Source: Clostridia bacterium (lineage in GTDB: Bacteria > Bacillota > Clostridia > Christensenellales > CAG-138). Taken from it: a DNA stretch of 64,000 nt. Where the stretch lies: assembly GCA_017525875.1 (NCBI GenBank), contig JAFXSG010000045.1:12276-76275 (forward strand). The letters run 5' to 3'. This document shows, in pieces, positions 58,640 through 64,000 of the stretch. Below the pieces are notes generated by a model, which was given only the letters and a program-made list of their open reading frames with translations, ran no database searches and had not been told where the DNA came from. The translations under genes were made by a program, and so were the position numbers. Position 1 is the stretch's first letter. Every line of letters starts with the position of its first letter.

Positions 58640-59167
58640 TTACCGCTCGGAAAGATCTATCCAATACCTTTCGAGATAAACGTCCCGCTCCGCAAGACGG
58701 ACTGTTGATTCGTACACACCGCCGTTGTTCGTGATTACTCTTCTGCTGCCCTCGTTGCCCTGCACGCAGGAAATGAGCACGCGATCGATCCCGAGTGCTT
58801 TGCACTTCGGCAGTACGAGACGCAGCATCGCGGTCGCATAGCCCTTCCTGCGCTCGCTCGGGCAGACCGAGTAACCGATATGACCTGCGTATTTTTCCAG
58901 GAATTCATTGAAATAATGCCTGATCTGTATAACGCCGACGACCTTTTTGCCCTCTTCCCGAACGTATATGTACTGCGACATCGGAACGAGCTCCGGCGGG
59001 GTGGTCTCAGGCTTTTTCAAGGCTTCAACCTGGTCGAGCCAATCCTCTGTGCGGTCAAAACGGCGCAGTGAACCGCAGCCGTCCATAGAGCCTCCGAGAT
59101 CGAGAAACTCCTGCCTGTAGGCCTGTATCTGCGCATCGTATTCAATGGTCGGTTCTATCAGTTTCAT
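58640..59167 (-). CDS. GNAT family N-acetyltransferase
   Basis: ERRKGYATAMLRLVL motif. Confidence 0.8.
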   Translation of the reverse strand: MKLIEPTIEYDAQIQAYRQEFLDLGGSMDGCGSLRRFDRTEDWLDQVEALKKPETTPPELVPMSQYIYVREEGKKVVGVIQIRHYFNEFLEKYAGHIGYSVCPSERRKGYATAMLRLVLPKCKALGIDRVLISCVQGNEGSRRVITNNGGVYESTVRLAERDVYLERYWIDLSER

Positions 59168-59772
59168 GTGTCGTTATGTTTGCTTTCATTCATAAAATAG
59201 CCGAAGTTCAGGCGAACCTCATGCCGCTGTACGTCCGTATTGGTATAGCAGCATGCGTCATATCCTATCAGTTCAAACCCTCGGCTGCGATAAAAATCGA
59301 TCACGCGGACGTTGCAGGACTGCGTCTCAAGAATGATTGCGCGACGCCCCTGTTCCGCCGCTTTTGCTTTGGCAATATTCATCAGCCTTGTTCCGATGCC
59401 ATGCCTGTGCAGGCCGTCGCTGACCCAAAGCTCAGTGACCATAAGGCGGTTGCTCCATTCCTCCGGGCAGACCTCAATGCAGGCAAGCAGCTTCTTCTCT
59501 CCGCCGGCTTCGGAAACTATGCCAAACGCCTCGGCTTTCTCCCAATGAGGCTGATACAGTCTGTCGGGGAAATCGTATTCCTCGGGCGTATGCGTCACGG
59601 GCGTTTCGAATCTTCTGCGTACCATGCGCACGCTGAACGCTGCGCCGCTTTCCTCTTTCTCAACGTCATAGTATTCATCCGTCGTGTACCTGATGGGTAT
59701 AGGAGTACCCTCCCATTCAGCTTTTGTAAGAGGAACTATCTGAAAACAAACGGAAGCATCGTTGCTTTTCAT
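59164..59772 (-). CDS. GNAT family N-acetyltransferase
   Basis: HRHGIGTRLMNIAKAKA motif. The stop overlaps the next gene's start. Confidence 0.75.
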   Translation of the reverse strand: MKSNDASVCFQIVPLTKAEWEGTPIPIRYTTDEYYDVEKEESGAAFSVRMVRRRFETPVTHTPEEYDFPDRLYQPHWEKAEAFGIVSEAGGEKKLLACIEVCPEEWSNRLMVTELWVSDGLHRHGIGTRLMNIAKAKAAEQGRRAIILETQSCNVRVIDFYRSRGFELIGYDACCYTNTDVQRHEVRLNFGYFMNESKHNDT

Positions 59773-59810
59773 TTTTGCGTTATTCCTTTCAAAAATCAGG
59801 ACGGAGAACC

Positions 59811-60296
59811 TTATCTGCTGCTGTCTCTCTTTTTCTCATAAAAGACGAGCGTCATTCTTTCATTAACACATATCGGCTCACCGATCCTTGCATAACCGAG
59901 CTTTTCGTAGAGCCGGCAGTTGCCTTCTTCCTCGAGAATGGTGCTCAGGTGCCAAGTGTCGATATCGCCGTGCAGTTTTTCGATCGCTTTCATTGCGGTA
60001 AAGGCGATGCCGCGCCGCTGATACTCCGGTAGCACGCACAGCGCGGAGACCTTTGCTTCGTTATTGCCATGCAGGATGACTCTGACGGCTCCGACCGGGA
60101 TCTCATCCGCGAAAAAGACGTATCCGCAAGTCCCTTCGCGCGTGTATTTGCGCAGGATCGTCTCCCGGCTTTCGAGATATGGACTCGTATCGTCGTCGCG
60201 GTATTTCCGGTACAGCGGCTCGAATGCGGCTTGCTGGACCGCAAACACCGTGTCGATATCGGAGACCTCGAAATCCTTGATGTTTAGCGGTTCCAT
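59811..60296 (-). CDS. GNAT family N-acetyltransferase
   Basis: YQRRGIAFTAMKAIE motif. Start MEPLNIK (60296), 1 nt after the upstream stop. Confidence 0.8.
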   Translation of the reverse strand: MEPLNIKDFEVSDIDTVFAVQQAAFEPLYRKYRDDDTSPYLESRETILRKYTREGTCGYVFFADEIPVGAVRVILHGNNEAKVSALCVLPEYQRRGIAFTAMKAIEKLHGDIDTWHLSTILEEEGNCRLYEKLGYARIGEPICVNERMTLVFYEKKRDSSR

Positions 60297-60297
60297 T

Positions 60298-61323
60298 TTA
60301 TTCCTCAAAAGTAATAGTCTGTTTTTCGGCGTCGACCGTAGCCGTAACGCCGAACGGTATGATACAGCGGGGAAGAGCATGACCGATATTGATATTGCAG
60401 ACGATCGGCAGCTCAGGCTTACCGATCTCCTCTATCAGCGCCTGCTTGTATTCGCTCACATACTTCCTGTCCATCGGTTTGCCGAAGAGGACGCCGGACA
60501 CCGCATCGAAAATGCCGTAACTCTTGAAACACCTCAAAGCATCGCGAAAATCCTCCGGCGGCATATAGAGCTCGCTCGATTCAAGCAGAAGGATCCTTCC
60601 GCGCCAATCCTCAACGCTCGGGAACAGATCATACTTCGCGCAAAGCTCGGGCAGGTCATCATAGTACTGGCTGTGGAAAAAATCGTAAAGCGATTCGATG
60701 CAGCCGCCGAGGATCTTACCGCTGAATCTCGGCGCTCCGGTAAGCAGTTCAAACCCGCAGTCCGGGTGCGAAATGAGCGGAGTATCGATCGCGCTGACGC
60801 TGAAATCCGTGCGGGATTCATACCAAACGTCGCTCGGGGTGATCTCGCGGATCGTGCCGGTCGTGATCAGCTCTTCAAAATACTTTTTCGTGTACGGGAG
60901 CATCTCGCGGTCAAGCTCGCATACGTCCGGGAGGAAAGCCTGGCCGTAAAACGTATTCAAACCGACCTTGTGAAGCATCAGGTGATTCACGGTCGTATCG
61001 GAAAAACCGAGGAAAATCTTTTCGCTGACGGCATTTTTCAGCTCGTCGTTCTCAAACAGGTATGGGAGCAGACGGTAGGTGTCGTTGCCGCCGATCGCGC
61101 AAAGGATCATATCGATCTTCGGGTCGCGAAACGCTTCGAGAAGATCCGCAGCTCTGTCCTCCGGATGTTCCTGAACGTATTTGAGCCCTTTTAGCGCATG
61201 CGGCATAAAACGAACTTCAAGCCCATAGTCTTCAAGCCGCTTTACGCCTTTTTCCAGTTCGTGTTTGACTTTGCTTTCTCCGAGCAGTCCGCGTGACAGG
61301 CTGACTACAGCAATCGTCTTCAT
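60298..61323 (-). CDS. S66 family LD-carboxypeptidase (MccF-like)
   Basis: IAVVSLSRG, GFSDTTVNH (nucleophile Ser) and a C-terminal NINIGHALP His motif. Confidence 0.8.
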   Translation of the reverse strand: MKTIAVVSLSRGLLGESKVKHELEKGVKRLEDYGLEVRFMPHALKGLKYVQEHPEDRAADLLEAFRDPKIDMILCAIGGNDTYRLLPYLFENDELKNAVSEKIFLGFSDTTVNHLMLHKVGLNTFYGQAFLPDVCELDREMLPYTKKYFEELITTGTIREITPSDVWYESRTDFSVSAIDTPLISHPDCGFELLTGAPRFSGKILGGCIESLYDFFHSQYYDDLPELCAKYDLFPSVEDWRGRILLLESSELYMPPEDFRDALRCFKSYGIFDAVSGVLFGKPMDRKYVSEYKQALIEEIGKPELPIVCNINIGHALPRCIIPFGVTATVDAEKQTITFEE

Positions 61324-61489
61324 AGCCGATCCCCCGATTCAACAATCACAAGCCGGTTCGCCGGTCGATTCTGAGTTTCACCGATCCGACGCATCCACAG
61401 GCTTTTTTTTAAAATCGTTTCCGCCATAGAACGGCACGGCTTGCTTCGTTAAGTTTATCATATAAAGCGTCGCTCTTCAACTGCACCGC

Positions 61490-61520
61490 TAAAAAATGCC
61501 GCCCCGTGAAGGAGCGGCAA
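61490..61520 (-). terminator. rho-independent terminator after the 5'-nucleotidase gene
   Basis: tgccgc/gcggca stem, followed on the minus strand by TTTTTT. Confidence 0.7.
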
Positions 61521-61545
61521 GATCGTTATTCGATATCGGCAAGCT

Positions 61546-63021
61546 TCACTCATCCTTGAGACGCAGTATGAGCCTGCCCTCGCCGGAAGCGTTTTGATGC
61601 TGCCCGGCAAGCAGCTTTTCTTCGATTATCTGCATGCAGGAAGTCGAAACGATCCGGTCACTGTGGTTTTTGCGCAGTTCGCCGATCGTAAGGTCGAACG
61701 AATCCGGCATATTCATATAGTGAAAATGCTGGAGACCAACGGTGAAGACCCTTTCATCGTCAACAGGTTCGCCCTCAAACTCAAAACGCAGGAAACTGTG
61801 CGACGCCTGATCGTATTCCACAAGCAGACCTTCCGAGAGCTGATAGAACTCCGTATGCGCTCCTGCCAGCGCTTCGTCCCTTAGCATGCGCATTATCGCA
61901 TGCTTAAGCTGAGCGCCGGTCATGTATACCAGATGCACCGAGTCGTCGTAGGGGAAACACTCGCACAGATCGCCTTTTGTTACGACTGGTCCAAGCTTTT
62001 CCGTGCGGATGCTGCCGGAGCCGAGCAGGAAAACGTCCACAGCAAGCGCATCCTTCAGGACGTCGCTGAACAGGTCTCCAAGCTCCGTTTCGCGGATGCG
62101 GGTCGGGTGGGTCAGCTCTCTCACAAAACGAGTGATTATCCTGTTGTATTTTTCATCCGTGGTGGTTTTATAGCTGTAGATGATTTCTTCGATCGCGGGA
62201 TCGCGCGGGCAGTGCTCCGAGTCTATGGGTATCGCCTTCCACGTATAAGAATCGATACAGTTCTCATCGGTATTGATCAGCAGATCGAACCGGCCGATCT
62301 GGTCCGTCCCGGTGCCCGCCTGAACGATCGGAATGCCGTTGACGACGGCCGGCTCGTCGATGAAGGTGTGCGAATGGCCGCCTATGATCACGTCAACGCC
62401 CCAGTGCGGGTCAAGCATCGCCGCAAGCTTCTTGTCCTCTTCAAAACCGATATGGGTCAGCAGCACTGTGAAATCGATATCGATCGCATTATATGTGTTG
62501 CAGATCCTGCCGACCTCGTCCGCTGCATCCTCAAGCGTGACAAAGCTTCCGATCAGGCCGTCGCTCTTGCATTGCATCAGCGCCACGTCGGTTATGATAC
62601 CGATGAACAGTATCTTCATGCCGTCGATCTCGATTATCTTATACGGGTCGAACAGGCGGGCGTGGTTGGTCTTGATGTGCAGGTTTGCATTGACGATGGG
62701 GAAGTCCGCGCACTTTTCAAGGAAAAGCAGATGCGCAACGCCGTAGTCGACCTCGTGATTGCCGACGGTCACGATGTCCGGTCCCAGCATATTCATGATC
62801 TGAATCGTCGAGATCCCGCGGAATTCGGAATCGATGATCGATCCGCGGAACATATCGCCGGCGATCGCGTAGATAACGTTTTCATCCTCACTTCGGACCT
62901 TGTTGACGTAGCCGGAAAGCATGGACAGGCCGCCGATAAGCGCTTGCCCGTTTTTCTCCTCAAGAAAATCGCCGTGCATGTCGTTGGAATGGAGCAGAGT
63001 CAGCTTTTTCAGGTTTTTCAA
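61546..63021 (-). CDS. bifunctional metallophosphatase / 5'-nucleotidase
   Basis: LLHSNDMHG, GDMFRGS, GNHEVDYG, and a C-terminal 5'-nucleotidase domain. A TTG start at 63021 lies 8 nt after AAGGAGG; the track ORF begins at 63054. Confidence 0.85.
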   Translation of the reverse strand: MKNLKKLTLLHSNDMHGDFLEEKNGQALIGGLSMLSGYVNKVRSEDENVIYAIAGDMFRGSIIDSEFRGISTIQIMNMLGPDIVTVGNHEVDYGVAHLLFLEKCADFPIVNANLHIKTNHARLFDPYKIIEIDGMKILFIGIITDVALMQCKSDGLIGSFVTLEDAADEVGRICNTYNAIDIDFTVLLTHIGFEEDKKLAAMLDPHWGVDVIIGGHSHTFIDEPAVVNGIPIVQAGTGTDQIGRFDLLINTDENCIDSYTWKAIPIDSEHCPRDPAIEEIIYSYKTTTDEKYNRIITRFVRELTHPTRIRETELGDLFSDVLKDALAVDVFLLGSGSIRTEKLGPVVTKGDLCECFPYDDSVHLVYMTGAQLKHAIMRMLRDEALAGAHTEFYQLSEGLLVEYDQASHSFLRFEFEGEPVDDERVFTVGLQHFHYMNMPDSFDLTIGELRKNHSDRIVSTSCMQIIEEKLLAGQHQNASGEGRLILRLKDE

Positions 63022-63424
63022 TTTCCGTTCCTCCTTTACTGAATTGACGCACAATCCGAGCAGTTCCCCGATTCCGAAGGAATGCAGTTGTGCTGCCGCC
63101 AGCCGGGCTTACCGACCGGAAACGTGGCAGCAGGGTTTACCTATAAACTATATACTAAAACGAGAATGGTGTCAACATAACACATCGGGAAAAAGCCTGT
63201 TTCTTCCGCAGTTTTCGAGTTCAGCCTGATCCCATGGAGGCCTTAGCCGGTCAAATGCTTCGCTTGGCTGTCATACATCCTCCCAAGGAGTGCCGGATGC
63301 CGAGCATATCTTCTTCCCAGCGGTGTTTATCGAGCTCCCTGCGGGGCTGTTCCCGGGATACCGCTCGGTCTCGTCCTGGATCTTTATAACACGTGCTTAA
63401 AACTGACCATCTCGCAAGGCGTAT

Positions 63425-63742
63425 TCACAGTATCCTCGCAAGGCCGGCGCTGGTGTATCCCTTTTCGCCTGTGACCTCACGGATTACGTTAATAAACTCC
63501 GGGAACCTGATCTCCTGATCTTCGGAACGAAGCTCGATCTCTGCTACCGCTTTATCAGTCCAGAATGGATATACGTCGATCTCGAAATACTGTCCTTCAT
63601 ACGTGAGACAATAGCGTGTTTTGCGGATCTGCCTCATTGAAGTGTCTGCATCCATCATTAGAGTAAGGTACTCGGACTGTGAGAGCCGCTCCTCGACTTC
63701 GATACGCTTTAAATCGGAAATATTGCGTTTCTTTCTCCGATA
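63425..63742 (-). pseudogene. 5'-truncated CYTH-domain gene remnant
   Basis: The frame is open only from 63742. The translation ...KRIEVEERLSQSEYLTLM...IRKTRYCLTYEGQYFEIDVYPFW...AEIEL resembles the C-terminal two-thirds of CYTH triphosphatases. The N-terminal strands are missing. Confidence 0.45.
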
Positions 63743-63900
63743 TCAATAAAAAGATTATATCTAATCCAGCCATTGCAGTCAAGCAAAGAGTGCCTGATAT
63801 GGTAAAGGGCAATGACCTATAAACAAATGTATCACAAATTATGCTCTGGCAGTATTCAAGTGAATCAGTTCAGAGAATGATTGATTGGTAATGAGTTCCC

Positions 63901-63935
63901 AAAACGAAATTGCCGCCCCCGTCGGGAGGCGGCAA
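63901..63935 (-). terminator. rho-independent terminator of a gene entering from the right window edge
   Basis: ttgccgcc/ggcggcaa stem, followed on the minus strand by ATTTCGTTTT. An open frame ending ...FAVKVKI* stops at 63949. Confidence 0.55.
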
Positions 63936-64000
63936 AACTGTTGCGTCCTCAGATCTTTACCTTTACTGCGAACCCGGTGGGCCAGAAATAAAAGTTCGTC

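Noticed and set aside
60064-63042. Plus-strand ORFs 60064-61194 and 61900-63042
   Set aside because: They are shadows of the S66 peptidase and 5'-nucleotidase genes, which have clear catalytic motifs.
63232-63387. 51-codon plus-strand ORF (MEALAGQMLRLAVIH...)
   Set aside because: It has no RBS, GC-rich shadow-like composition and lies in a region that looks like decayed sequence.

Overview
High-GC, Clostridia-like chromosomal segment (GGAGG ribosome-binding sites, tight operons, many hairpin plus T-run terminators). It has three parts. (1) 1-12985 is host DNA: a radical-SAM/SPASM gene tail coupled to a Cys/Ala-tailed membrane protein, a MarR plus two-gene ABC exporter operon, a zinc-ribbon membrane protein and an ABC-2 transporter. 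(2) 12986-39196 is a 26.2-kb integrated mobilisable element. Its ends can be placed to the base because it splits a 62-bp sequence that survives intact next to tRNA-Gln. It carries a large serine recombinase, a ParB-like protein, a MOB relaxase, MobC, a RepA-like ATPase and a TnpV-like protein. Its cargo is an ECF sigma/anti-sigma module, a DUF4358/DHHW pair, an eight-gene envelope/ABC operon led by an XRE-sigma region 4 fusion, and an AT-rich three-gene defence operon. That operon is Gabija-like (OLD-family ATPase/nuclease plus a short UvrD-like helicase) with a third, co-transcribed PIN-like/zinc-ribbon gene. It is the best candidate for an undescribed system. (3) 39197-64000 is host DNA: tRNA-Gln and tRNA-Val with a structured spacer, a LexA-like/dinB pair, pfkA, peptidases, glutaminase, a GH2 enzyme, a MATE gene with an in-frame amber codon, a run of GNAT acetyltransferases with an MccF-like peptidase, and a 5'-nucleotidase. 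All calls come from reading the sequence and the ORF translations; no database search was run.
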